63,301 nucleotides of DNA, filler included, from Octopus bimaculoides (GCF_001194135.2; 6 parts of 5 records of this genome joined end to end with filler, not necessarily neighbours in it); one strand, 5' to 3'. Positions 13,997 to 26,954 are shown, numbered from the whole stretch's first letter. The notes: generated by a model from the sequence alone, not told the origin. Program-made: numbers and translations.

Positions 13997-14127
13997 ACGT
14001 CGTCGTCGTCACCATCATCATCATCATTATCATAATCATCAACACCATCATAAATATTACCTTCACAACCATCATCACCATCACCATCATCATCATCATC
14101 GTCATCACCATCATCATCATCATCATC

Positions 14128-14179
<52 letters not shown>

Positions 14180-14354
14180 AGCAGCAACACCGCTGTCACC
14201 ACCAGTTCTGTAAAACTTCAATGGCAACAGGCCAGCGGAGAGTTATTTGGTCGTCGTAATCTCACGCTCGACACACCAGAAACACCAGCTGACTTCCAGA
14301 CATGTCGTGAGCTGTTGCTTTACTGGACACAGAATATAGCTCATTGTAGATGTG

Positions 14355-14398
<44 letters not shown>

Positions 14399-14921
14399 AA
14401 TATATCATATATATGTATATAATTTAAATCGACGTATGTATGTCATTGTTCAGGTTTATTTCAATGTCTTGCCAATAGAGAAAGGACCGGTTTCTAACCT
14501 CGATCCAAGACCCCTTCATTGGAATTTCAACATCAACAGGGTACTTTTTTTATGTATGTATGTATGTATGTATGTATGTATGTATCGTCACGCATATACT
14601 TGCATATCTAGACATACTCATATATGTTTAAATGATAAACTTTTGGTAAGTTTCACAGATTTTTACATTTCCAATGATGGACTGGATCTGTAGTCTTCGA
14701 ATTAGCTTTCTCCTATCTGGCTTTGAGAAGAATAATTTCTCAAGATTGGTATATAGTCAACGTATTATATATCCCAGTCCTCCAGTAATTACAGGTATAA
14801 ACCTGAACTAGTATTCTGGATAGAGTAACTGCACATTTCTCAATAGTTCAGCGTATGTATTCTCTATTTCACTGATCTTCAGCTTTATGTTAACATCCGC
14901 TGGGCAGCTAATTTCCATGTG

Positions 14922-14956
<35 letters not shown>

Positions 14957-15004
14957 GTGTGTGTGTGTGTGCGTGTGTGTGTGTGTAGGTGTATATATAT
15001 ATAT

Positions 15005-15125
15005 GACGAAGTTCTTTCAGTTACCCTCTACTGAATCCACTCACAAGCTTTTGTTCGACCCAAGACTGTAGTAGAAGACATCTATAGAAGGTGTCACGCA
15101 GTGGCACTGAACCCAAAGCCACGTG
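15005..15125 (-). mobile_element. SINE family A head segment
   Basis: Reverse complement of the GTTCAGT.CCACTGCGTG.CACCTT...CTTCTACTA...GTGAGTGGATT...AACTGAAAGAA head. Confidence 0.7.
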
Positions 15126-16134
15126 CAAATTGTGTCCCTGTATGTCTATACATGTGTTAATGTATAATGTATGCTAATGTATGTTTTACTAATCGTAGGT
15201 CGCAATTCCAATAAACTACACCTATGTCCCGTGTACCTGGATGACATTTTATTGCAACGGTTAGATTTCTTACGCTATCCAAAGATCGCTGGCACGTACG
15301 TTAACGTCATATAGGTAATGGCAAGGCGGGTCTTTTTGTGGAAAACATGTACCCATTCTTTCTATTACACATGTTTCCTTCAATGGAGCCAAACTTGAAT
15401 AATGTGTGTATGGATAACTTTGCAGAAATCAACTCAAAAGCTTGTGACGTTCTTACAGATCTTTTAGTGAATCCAGGTATTGCTATGAAGTTGGCTATTT
15501 TCTTATATGTATATGTAACTTACAGTTATATAGGTATAAACAAAACTTTAAGAATACACACATATATAAACACACATACACACACACAAACGTATATATA
15601 TATGTATAGATACATGCCTAAACGGGCGGTAATACAGAAAAATAAAATGATACCATTCTTATCATGTTAAGATATGATGCTGAGAGAGAAAGAGAGACGA
15701 TGATGATGAACATGGGGTTTGATGGGGGGGGGGATGTGAAATAATGATGGTGATGAGGATGGTAGCCGTAATCATGATAATAATAATAGTAATGTATGTG
15801 TGTGTGTGNNNNNNNNNNNNNNNNNNNNNNNNNNNNNNNNNNNNNNNNNNNNNNNNNNNNNNNNNNNNNNNNNNNNNNNTATATATATATATATATATAT
15901 ATTATAATATTAGGGAATTGCAAAATCCGAACTTACAAGGAAATACAATTTGATAATATCAAATTGAGTTGTATATTGAAAAACATTTTAATAATGTAGA
16001 TAAGAACCACCATGGGGTAATTCGAACGAAAAGAAAAAGATTAGACACCATCAAGAAAAGTGTACTATACAAAACTAGTTTAAAAATCTAAAAAAATCCA
16101 AGGGAGAATTAATAATATAAAGGCCTGAAATTTT

Positions 16135-16314
16135 GGGGAAGGGGACTTGTCGATCACATCGACCTCAGTGCTTCACTGGTACTTAATTTATCGATGCCCG
16201 AAAGGACAAAAGGCAAATTGGACCCCAGTGGAATTTGAACTCAGCACGAAAAGACAGACGAAATAGCGCTGAGCATTTCGTTCGGCGTGCTAACGATTCT
16301 GCCACCTCGCCGCC

Positions 16315-16316
<2 letters not shown>
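16135..16316 (-). mobile_element. tRNA-derived SINE family B
   Basis: Reverse complement reads GGCGGCGAGGTGGCAGAATCGTTAGCACGCCG...GAGTTCAAATTCC (A-box and B-box like); homologous to 35044 and 44500; CpGs retained. Confidence 0.8.
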
Positions 16317-16360
<44 letters not shown>

Positions 16361-16670
16361 TGATGATGATGATGATGATGATGATAATAATAACAACAAC
16401 AAGAGCAACAACAACGCGTGGTTTGATACAGCGAATAGCATGTCAACAAATGGAGGTTAGGTTAGCTCTTGTAGGTCATAGAATTATGAAGAGTCGTTCC
16501 TGTGGCTTTTTGAATTGATTTCATTCCTGTACCAATTCTATAAAAATGGCTCCATTTGTTACACGAAGTAGTCGAAGAGATGCGGTGATGAAAATTGAAA
16601 ATTATCTCAGCTACTCACAATCATAAACACACAACCCACACATATGTAGACCTACACGGAGATCAATTGA

Positions 16671-16728
<58 letters not shown>

Positions 16729-16729
16729 T

Positions 16730-16870
16730 TTTTAGCTTTTACTGGTTTCAGTCATTAGACTACGGTCATTCTGGGGCAGCACCTTGACTTTTTAGTCTAA
16801 TGAATCGACCATAGCAGTTTTTTTTCTTTTTTAAAACCTGGTACTTATTCTATTGAGGTCTCTTGCCGAA
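16730..16870 (-). mobile_element. SINE family A tail, truncated by gap
   Basis: TTTCAGTCATT.GACT.CGG.CAT.CTGG and TACTTATTCTAT...TTGCCGAA. Confidence 0.7.
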
Positions 16871-17261
16871 NNNNNNNNNNNNNNNNNNNNNNNNNNNNNN
16901 NNNNNNNNNNNNNNNNNNNNNNNNNNNNNNNNNNNNNNNNNNNNNNNNNNNNNNNNNNNNNNNNNNNNNNNNNNNNNNNNNNNNNNNNNNNNNNNNNNNN
17001 NNNNNNNNNNNNNNNNNNNNNNNNNNNNNNNNNNNNNNNNNNNNNNNNNNNNNNNNNNNNNNNNNNNNNNNNNNNNNNNNNNNNNNNNNNNNNNNNNNNN
17101 NNNNNNNNNNNNNNNNNNNNNNNNNNNNNNNNNNNNNNNNNNNNNNNNNNNNNNNNNNNNNNNNNNNNNNNNNNNNNNNNNNNNNNNNNNNNNNNNNNNN
17201 NNNNNNNNNNNNNNNNNNNNNNNNNNNNNNNNNNNNNNNNNNNNNNNNNNNNNNNNNNNNN

Positions 17262-17316
<55 letters not shown>

Positions 17317-17374
17317 GCATACGTATGTCGAGTTGGTGTGTAACCTGTGAATGTGCATAAATGCATGAATGTGA

Positions 17375-17510
17375 AGACGCCCGGCCTAATGGTCTGTGTA
17401 TATGATCATAAACTCCTGTTTCCCGTTCCGACACCCGGTGGTGCTATTTTTTGCCCTGAACCAATACACTTTATTGCACGTTGCTTCAGGTCCACCCGGC
17501 TGTAATGAAC
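17375..17510 (+). mobile_element. tRNA-derived SINE family C (diverged head and body)
   Basis: Similar to 35402: GGCCTAATGGT...GATCATAA...ACACTTTATTGCACGTTGCT.CAG.TCCAC.CGGCTG. Confidence 0.6.
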
Positions 17511-19580
17511 AACCAGTTGCTTACTCACACATCGCACTCTTCCCCTTCCTGCACCTCTCATATCCTAGATCTTCCGTGGAGTCGAGGTTGAGAGGGAGAA
17601 GAAAACAATCTATCTCTGTTGTAGACTACACAGGCACCTTAAAACATTAGCGAAAGAACGATACCCTTTACCGGTCCATACTCGCACACGAATGACATCT
17701 GGCTATACTTGTGCTTCATACTTCCTTACCTGTATCGGTACAGACAGTAATACCTTAATACACACGTTCATATAAACATCTGTACCCAAATATGCACTGA
17801 GACGATATTTTTGTTGGTTCTTATCAAACGTTACGTAATGTATATTTATTAACCTAGAAGTCACTTGACCACAGCGTGTCTTTGTGTTTTGTTTTTTTTT
17901 GTCCATACTTCTCAGCGCCTTAAGTTCCGTTCATTTTCTTAGGATGTTTTCTATTATTAGACTACAGTCGTGTAATAAATATTTCGCATATGTAGAATAC
18001 ACTGCCAAATTATTTAATCAGTACACTTTTGGATAAATTCTAAAGAAACTACAGAAAAGAAAAAAGAATGGGTTCAGAAAGGTCAGTTTTATCCACAAAT
18101 TGCAATATATATCTATATATCTATATATNNNNNNNNNNNNNNNNNNNNNNNNNNNNNNNNNNNNNNNNNNNNNNNNNNNNNNNNNNNNNNNNNNNNNNNN
18201 NNNNNNNNNNNNNNNNNNNNNNNNNNNNNNNNNNNNNNNNNNNNNNNNNNNNNNNNNNNNNNNNNNNNNNNNNNNNNNNNNNNNNNNNNNNNNNNNNNNN
18301 NNNNNNNNNNNNNNNNNNNNNNNNNNNNNNNNNNNNNNNNNNNNNNNNNNNNNNNNNNNNNNNNNNNNNNNNNNNNNNNNNNNNNNNNNNNNNNNNNNNN
18401 NNNNNNNNNNNNNNNNNNNNNNNNNNNNNNNNNNNNNNNNNNNNNNNNNNNNNNNNNNNNNNNNNNNNNNNNNNNNNNNNNNNNNNNNNNNNNNNNNNNN
18501 NNNNNNNNNNNNNNNNNNNNNNNNNNNNNNNNNNNNNNNNNNNNNNNNNNNNNNNNNNNNNNNNNNNNNNNNNNNNNNNNNNNNNNNNNNNNNNNNNNNN
18601 NNNNNNNNNNNNNNNNNNNNNNNNNNNNNNNNNNNNNNNNNNNNNNNNNNNNNNNNNNNNNNNNNNNNNNNNNNNNNNNNNNNNNNNNNNNNNNNNNNNN
18701 NNNNNNNNNNNNNNNNNNNNNNNNNNNNNNNNNNNNNNNNNNNNNNNNNNNNNNNNNNCTGTGTGTATGTGTGTATGCGTGTAGGTGTATGTGTGTGTGT
18801 GTGTATTTCTGTGTCTATCATCCTATTTTGCTAGCAAACTCTTTCAACACTACTCTTTCCATTTCATTCATTCATTCATTCTTTTTTTCTTTTTCCTTCT
18901 TTCTGTTTTTCTTCTGCTCTTTCTTTCCTTCTTTTATCAGTCTTTCTTTCTTTCTTTCTTTCATCTTTTCTTTCTCTCTTGCTTACTTTCTTTCTTTCTT
19001 TTCTTTCTTTCTTTTCTTTCTTTCTTTTCTTTCTTTCTTTCATTCAGTCTTTCTTTCTTTTTGTTCATTCTTTCATTCGTTCATTATTTATTTCTTTCTC
19101 ACTTTCTATTCTTTCCTCATCCTCCCTTTCTCCCTCTCTCCCTCTTTCTCCCTCTCTCCCTCTTTCTCTCTCTCACTCCCCCTCTCTCACTCCCTCCCTC
19201 TCTCTCTCTATCACGCTATGTTCTCTCCCCCCCCTCTCCACTCCCCAACCACCGCTTCCACCATCTTTACGATTTCACTCGCGCTATTTAAACGCTCCTC
19301 TCCAAATTGCACCGAGCGTGCGTGTCTCTCGGCACATGCATTGCCAACACGCAGGCGCGCACGCGTGGTGCGCGTATGTCAGTGCATCTGTGTTCCGATG
19401 TGTGCACGTCTCCCAAAACTGCATGTTGTAGCACACAAAATGCGTCCACTCGATATACGCTCAGGAATTTGCGTGATTGTCTGTGTGCATCTGTGTACGT
19501 ATGGGTATATTGAAAGCCATCAGTGTATGTCTGTACACACATGCATGTGTGCGCGTATATGATGCATATGGATGTGTATA

Positions 19581-19619
<39 letters not shown>

Positions 19620-19788
19620 ATGTGTGTGTGTGTGCAGCTCAATAAATCAGAGTAGCTGCAAACAATACTTGCTTACTCTACATTTCATCCTTTTTGTTTG
19701 CTGTTTATTAATCTGTATCTATCTAAATGTATCTACTTCACGCTATCCATCTAGCTAGCAATTTCGTTAGTTGACTATCTATTTACCC

Positions 19789-19826
<38 letters not shown>

Positions 19827-20043
19827 TCATCTATCGATTTATTTATCTATCAAGCAAACTTTATATATTCATCTATATATTTATAAGTCTCCCTACCGAT
19901 TTATATCCATTTTTTGTGCCTATCTAACTTTCCAGCAATTTCTCTGTCAGCCTATCTATCTACCTATCTATCTATCTATCTATCTATTTCTTTGTCTGTC
20001 TATTTACTTATGCATCTATCTATTTATCTAGGTATCTGTGTAC

Positions 20044-20079
<36 letters not shown>

Positions 20080-20122
20080 ACAGCTATCTGGCTAGCTGTC
20101 TATCTACCTTCTGCCGTTTGTG

Positions 20123-20174
<52 letters not shown>

Positions 20175-20361
20175 ACTCTATCTCTCTCTCACTCTATCTC
20201 TATCTCTCTCTCACTCTCTCTCTCACTCTCTCTCTCTCACTCTCACTCTCTCTCACTCCCTCTTTATTTATCTCTATATTATCTATTTATCTATGTATCT
20301 ATTTATCTCTATTTCCCTCACTTGATCTCTTCATTTGTCATTCACAAATACCATTCATGCA

Positions 20362-20411
<50 letters not shown>

Positions 20412-20441
20412 TCTTACAAACACACACAAGCGCAATCATAC

Positions 20442-20477
<36 letters not shown>

Positions 20478-20864
20478 AGAAACATAGACACAAACATTGC
20501 CATCCGTATCTAGCTCTGTCTACAGAAGCACTGTGCAGCTCACGCAACACACGTCGGTGCCGGCCGGCGTTTACTGCGCATGCGCACCACTATCTTCTCT
20601 TCTGAATGGCTTCATGGCTTCCATGTCTGTCCATCTATTTTCCAGTTAACATGGACTGACGTTACACATACACGCATATATACATGTGTATAGAATGTAT
20701 ATATATATATATATACACACACACACATTTATACATACAAACATATCCTTGAACACTTAAATTGGTCTATATAAAAATTCTTATACACACTTTATATAGG
20801 GTATATACACATGTACTAATATGTATATATGTAATATATATATAATTGATATAATTGTATGTGC

Positions 20865-20904
<40 letters not shown>

Positions 20905-21004
20905 NNNNNNNNNNNNNNNNNNNNNNNNNNNNNNNNNNNNNNNNNNNNTTAATTAATTAANNNNNNNNNNNNNNNNNNNNNNNNNNNNNNNNNNNNNNNN
21001 NNNN
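20905..21004. other. Artificial 100-bp scaffold join: N44-TTAATTAATTAA-N44
   Basis: Identical structure at five sites; the 12-mer gives stop codons in all six frames. Confidence 0.95.
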
Positions 21005-21569
21005 AAGAGATAGAGTAGCGTCGGAGGATAAGTTTACGAACTACTTACAATTTTTGTGAGACGCTGCGTTCAATCATGTAAAAACAAAAGTAAATGAGTA
21101 TATGCATATATACGTACAGGTATGTGCATACCGACATCCACCTGTATGTATAGGTGCATATCTGGGTACAGGACATTGCACACAAACGTAGACGAGAACA
21201 CACGAGCCACATAGAGAACATTCTACTTCTTCAGCTACCCATGTAGCAAGAAAATATATGTATTAAACTGGTGTTTTTTTAAAGACCGGTTGAACACTTT
21301 CTATGCATAGAATAATGTGACTATGTGTTCCATTTGTATCGCAGATGTCATGCCTATTGCCCGGATGATGCAGTTGTCAAGCGGCAATAGTAACAGAATA
21401 GTATAATAAGCGCCTTACTGCTTCGCTGGTCAGATCGTGCCAGAGCTGAAAACTGCTTTCCATACACATCTCTTTTCTTCACTAATGAGATTCAGGCAAC
21501 ACTCCGTGTCTGGGTACACTGATATTTATACATAGACATTCGTATTTATGTATTAAAAATGTGTGTGTA

Positions 21570-21681
<112 letters not shown>

Positions 21682-22129
21682 CATATTTCCCTAATTTTCC
21701 TACGAAATAAATTCATTTCACTGCTTTTACATTCCTATTAATAACTTTTGGATCATTTTGAAACCCAAACGCATTACTTCCTAAATGCTCGAATAAGTTC
21801 CTCTCTTAATATTTATTCCCATAATTTTTTTTTTTTCAAACTAGTATTTACTATCCTAAGCGTTTTAGGGCTCCTTACAACATACACCATTTTCCCATTC
21901 ATTTATTTATTCATGTTACCTCGTATAACGGTCTCAATAGCTGGTTTTTGTTCTTAAATTTCAACTGACCAAAATACTTCGAACGTTGGACCCTGGCCTA
22001 TCTCACTTCGGACAACAGGTGGAAGGACTTAACAACCTACTAGTAAATAAATAAAAAAAATTACACTCAAACGATTAGGACTTTATTATGATTAATACTA
22101 TTAATTAGTGCTACAAACATAATTATTAT

Positions 22130-22500
22130 GAATTATTATGATTAATCTAAAACCTTATAGTATATTCACCCCTTCTCCGACTAAAACGTATTGGCGTATC
22201 CCATTATTATTTTTCACTTTTTTTTTTTTTTTTTTTTTTTTTTCATTATTCATCCATCCTATCGCCACCAGTTGCTATTTTTGGTTTAGCCATTTACTTA
22301 ACATACCAAAGAGACACGCAAGCAAAATGCTATGATCATAACCATATTCAACTTTCCCTTTTTCCTTATGTTCTTTATTTATTCTTCACTCTGATGAAGC
22401 TCCATGTTTCAGATAGGTTTTATTTCCAAATATGATTAATATTGTTAGCATATCAATGGCCATACCATACAACATTGGAAGCAGAAACAGCTGTTAGATG
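22130..22500 (+). mobile_element. Interspersed repeat with hammerhead-like motif (Penelope-type terminal-repeat derivative); further copies at 22620-22740 and 30429-30770
   Basis: Shared CCCCTTCT.CGACTAAAAC.TATTGGCGTATC and CAACCATATTCAACTTT...GATGAAGCTCC...GGAAGCA blocks in diverged copies. Confidence 0.65.
22385..22500 (+). ncRNA. Type I hammerhead-ribozyme-like motif with long loop II
   Basis: CUGAUGA (22391-22397), A, GCUCC, ~73 nt, GGAAGC, A, GAAAC-AGCU-GUU (22484-22495), AGAUG; stem I is weak and bulged. Confidence 0.5.
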
Positions 22501-22879
22501 GGATACAATCTATTTGTTTTGAATTAATAATGATGTAAGTCAATTGTTGTTCATTGATATTTCTCCATTTTCTGCCTTCTTTAAATTTTGATTCTTGATA
22601 AGTTCATGTTTAACCTTGTCGTTATTATGATTAATCTAAAACCTTATTGTATCTTCACCCCTTCTCCGACTAAAACCTATTGGCGTATCCCATTATTATT
22701 TTTCACTTTTTTATTTTTTATTATTTATCCATCCTATATTATTTATGAGCTTAATATGCTTTCAGATATTTGGCCATGGTTAAACATAGGTAATATACCG
22801 GTAGTTTAATGGATACTTCTATCCCTTAGACAGATATTTTAACCTCTAACTCAGTTAACCTTATATATATATATATATA

Positions 22880-23070
22880 TGATTGACCGTTGACTGAACA
22901 CTATTCAATTTTTTTTCTCCGTGTTTTTCTCCTTGTCTCCGTATTCTTTCTGTTGAAGAGCGTAGCTCGAAACGTCAAAGACTTTCCGTATTCCCGAGCG
23001 TCATACTAATATATACTTTTGTTATTTACACCACCTGTCCTCGTCTGTTGTTATTATTTGTATATTCTCC
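22880..23070 (+). mobile_element. Short Penelope-type (pLTR-like) repeat carrying a hammerhead motif
   Basis: Nearly the same ~190-bp sequence occurs inverted at 47255-47455. Confidence 0.75.
22945..22981 (+). ncRNA. Minimal type I hammerhead-like motif with variant core CUGUUGA
   Basis: UCUUU-CUGUUGA-A-GAGC(GUA)GCUC-GAAAC-GUC^-AAAGA: perfect stems I and II; stem III is the loopless palindrome ACGU. Confidence 0.6.
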
Positions 23071-23781
23071 CATATATATATATATATATGTATATATATA
23101 NNNNNNNNNNNNNNNNNNNNNNNNNNNNNNNNNNNNNNNNNNNNNNNNNNNNNNNNNNNNNNNNNNNNNNNNNNNNNNNNNNNNNNNNNNNNNNNNNNNN
23201 NNNNNNNNNNNNNNNNNNNNNNNNNNNNNNNNNNNNNNNNNNNNNNNNNNNNNTATACATATATGTATGTATGTATGTATGTATAAATATATACATATAT
23301 ATAAATGTATGTGTGTTTTTTCAGTGTTTACAAATAACACGGAAAATATAAATAAACAGTTACAAGGGTAGCAAAAATTCACACAAGTAATAAGGATGTA
23401 ACAACCTATTTATAAAGATTGAAACTCCGGGTTAAGGTGAAATGTTTTGTATAATATAGATAAATAAATAAATGGAGTCAAACGCAGGTGCTATTCAAAT
23501 TCTTGTACTTCAGACATATGTTTCGAAGATAACGTTGGTATAATGATTAAGGGAACGCTATTAAGTATTTTTTTAAAAACCGTTACTAGATATAACGTCA
23601 AAGGTAGCATATAGAAAGAGAAGGAGGAGAAGGAAAGAAATTAGCAGAAAAAACTAATAGTAGAAAAATATAGAGCGATGAGTAAATTAGAATAAAGGTT
23701 AAAGGCGTGGAATTAGATATATTTAGTGGAAGTGAAATGTAAGAACACAATCAAAGGTAAAATTATATAGAATGGTAGAAA

Positions 23782-24110
23782 TCACTTATAGGAACTAAAG
23801 GTATGTTTCTGCCAATGTTTGCAACGATAAATGCCTTCTATAAACGTGTTTACAAGAGGATTCTTTGGGAATAGGATATAAAAATTTTGTTATTACAAAG
23901 CGAGCAGAAATGTTTACTTTTATCAAACGGTAAAGAAATAGAGAGAATATTCCACTCCAAATTAAATTGTTTATTATGATCTTTTAGATACCAGATTAAG
24001 TTACTAAGCCCTGTACTGTTACGTTTAATGATATGCTTAAATGTAGAGTAATGATTAGATATTCTTGTGGACAACTGAGATGAAGAACTACCTATATAAA
24101 AAAAAACACT
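23782..24110 (-). pseudogene. Penelope-like element GIY-YIG endonuclease fragment (frameshifted)
   Basis: YIGSSSSQLSTRISNHYSTFKHIIKRNSTGLSNLIWYLKDHNKQFNLEWNILSISLPFDKSKHFCSLCNNK, then after a frameshift PLVNTFIEGIYRCKHWQKHTFSSYK*; typical PLE endonuclease C-terminus. Confidence 0.85.
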
Positions 24111-24119
24111 TGATCGTAA

Positions 24120-24527
24120 GCAAAGCAACCTCGTTTTATTTTAAAAGATCAAAAACAAAATTTTTTTAATAACCCATCCTTACGACTTATTTGTCCTTTT
24201 AGCTCTGATATCGGTGTACTTAATAAAAATATTCTAGACAAATATACTCCTATTTTAGTTCAGAAATTAAAGCCTAATTTATGGTCTAATTCGTTCCAAG
24301 TCGTCGACTGGTTTAGTTCTATTAATAACAAGAAGTGCACTAAGTTTATCCAGTTTGACATTTCTAGTTTCTATTCCTCTATCAACCCAATTGTACTTAA
24401 CAAGGCACTCTGGCTAGCTCACAAGAAAGCATGTCTCACCAGGAATGAGATTAATGTCGTGTTGGCCGCCAGAAAATCTATTATTAAATTTGATAACAAG
24501 ATATTGGTCCGTAAGGATACAATATAA
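24120..24527 (+). pseudogene. Penelope-like element reverse transcriptase fragment
   Basis: Stop-free frame with no early start codon, so absent from the ORF track: AKQPRFILKDQKQNFFNNPSLRLICPFSSDIGVLNKNILDKY...WSNSFQVVDWFSSINNKKCTKFIQFDISSFYSSINPIVLNKAL...ARKSIIKFDNKILVRKD. PLE RT motifs LKDxKxNFxNNPxxRLI and FIQFDIxxFYxSI. Confidence 0.85.
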
Positions 24528-25080
24528 ATAAATTACAATATGAATGATGTAGGAAATAAATTACATTTGTAGGTTTTCTATAAGGTTGACAAAACTTATC
24601 TCTATATAAATACACACATGCATGTTAACGCACGAATATTCATTCATCTGTTAATTCAGTATGTATGTGTATATATATATATATATATNNNNNNNNNNNN
24701 NNNNNNNNNNNNNNNNNNNNNNNNNNNNNNNNNNNNNNNNNNNNNNNNNNNNNNNNNNNNNNNNNNNNNNNNNNNNNNNNNNNNNNNNNNNNNNNNNNNN
24801 NNNNNNNNNNNNNNNNNNNNNNNNNNNNNNNNNNNNNNNNNNNNNNNNNNNNNNNNNNNNNNNNNNNNNNNNNNNNNNNNNNNNNNNNNNNNNNNNNNNN
24901 NNNNNNNNNNNNNNNNNNNNNNNNNNNNNNNNNNNNNNNNNNNNNNNNNNNNNNNNNNNNNNNNNNNNNNNNNNNNNNNNNNNNNNNNNNNNNNNNNNNN
25001 NNNNNNNNNNNNNNNNNNNNNNNNNNNNNNNNNNNNNNNNNNNNNNNNNNNNNNNNNNNNNNNNNNNNNNNNNNNNNNNN

Positions 25081-25120
<40 letters not shown>

Positions 25121-25858
25121 TACACAAAAACACATATAACATACAAATATACGCATACATACACACACGTAAATATGTTTACACAATTAATCATTTCATT
25201 CTTCACCCCTAAGGAGAAAGTGATAGAGATCCCTTTAGATGAGTGAGTTAAATTCGAATGGTTAGTTGAATTTTATATATATTTTCAAACCAGACACCGT
25301 TTCTGGGGAAGTTAAACTGGTCTAACGGTTTATTTAGATTCTTATTTCATAATAACGACTTTGTGTTTCATTATCAATGTTAAGCTAGTATGATGTGAGA
25401 TGACAGAGAATTATGTGAGATTTTTTTCGTATGAATGTGTTTAAAATTATATTTATGTTTACATATTTATATAATTATAACTAGGCACAAAATCGGTTAT
25501 CGAAACAAAACACATAAAGGCAATTGAATAATAAATAATCTACATAAGTTTAGTTACCAAGGTGATCAAAAATAAAGTAATTAAATAATAGTAAGGTCAG
25601 ACATTTATAATACTGTTAAGTGTGTTTGGTCAAATATTATCATATATGTATATATATATATATATATATACATATATATATACACATACGCACACATACC
25701 CGAGTATACATATATATATACATATACATACATTCGCAAATATATGCTCACATACATACGCATATATACAAATATATATGCATATAAACTCATATATATA
25801 AGTACAGAAATATATGCATTCAGATCAACATACGTGTGTGTACAAATATATATATAGA

Positions 25859-26480
25859 CTAGCAGAGAACCCCGGCGTTGCTCGTGTTACATGCAATTGA
25901 AGAATTAGACTTTTCTGTTATATTTTCTCTAATGAACTGGAATACCTATGTTTTGAATTTCATCAAAATTGCAGATGTGAGTTCTTTCCTTCTTTACACA
26001 GCCTGAAAAAAATTCTAATCATGACACATGTATCCCATGCTACTGATCTTTATGCGTAGAATCCAAAATTCCAGTCTCATGGAACTTGTTAAAAGGATTT
26101 TGCTCCTGAAAAATGGAGGTCATGGAGCTCTAAAATGTTTGAGTTAAGGCCCCTATTGGTGGTGGGTGTCTTTACGTCAACCACAGAAGTTGAATTGTTG
26201 ACAATCTTTTTAACTTGGGTCTTATATATATTGTTCGAATTTCTTTGAAATAGGAAATATATGTGTGTTCACTGGGTTTGTTCCATGTGCTTTGGAACCC
26301 AGTTTCTTACCACACAGCCACACCTGCATCTATGCATGTGTGTGTGTATGTGTGTGTGTATCTATGTATGCATGTATATATGTGTATATATATGCATACA
26401 TATTACATGTACATCTCTCTATATATACATCTACACATATAGATGTATACATATACATGTATACATATACATGTATATAT

Positions 26481-26524
<44 letters not shown>

Positions 26525-26832
26525 ATAGGTATGCCTGTATATATGTGAGATAATAGTTTCACTTTAATAATTTCCGTATTAAAGTGAAAGTATTAAAGTG
26601 AAAATATCTGACATTATAATAGAGAGATGTTATTGTTTCGCTTTTGACACATAATACTGAAATAGTGGAGATATGATATTGCCCTGGGCTCACACTAAGC
26701 AGAACACTATATGGACCCTTAATAAGTCATGTATAAAATTTGAATGAAATTGGTTGTGTAGTTCTCAAGTTTTAGGGATTCACACAGACACACACACACA
26801 CACGCACATATTCTCATCTTTATATATATAGG
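25859..26832 (-). mobile_element. Non-autonomous Helitron-like element with internal microsatellite
   Basis: Minus strand begins CCTATATATATAAAG (degenerate TC start) and ends ...GAGCAACGCCGGGGTTCTCTGCTAG followed by host T. CTAG terminus, imperfect GC-rich subterminal hairpin, no TSD. Confidence 0.7.
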
Positions 26833-26917
26833 TTATAGCACACATAAAACTATTCACATATCTGTATATATATCCATATATACATAGACACATATACTCA
26901 CATGTGCCCATACACGT

Positions 26918-26954
<37 letters not shown>

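Noticed and set aside
15338-15670. 110-aa ORF MENMYPFF...
   Set aside because: No recognisable domain, GTG start, runs into microsatellite.
21005-21560. Possible retroelement coding fragment on the minus strand
   Set aside because: All frames are interrupted and I could not recognise a motif; left unassigned.
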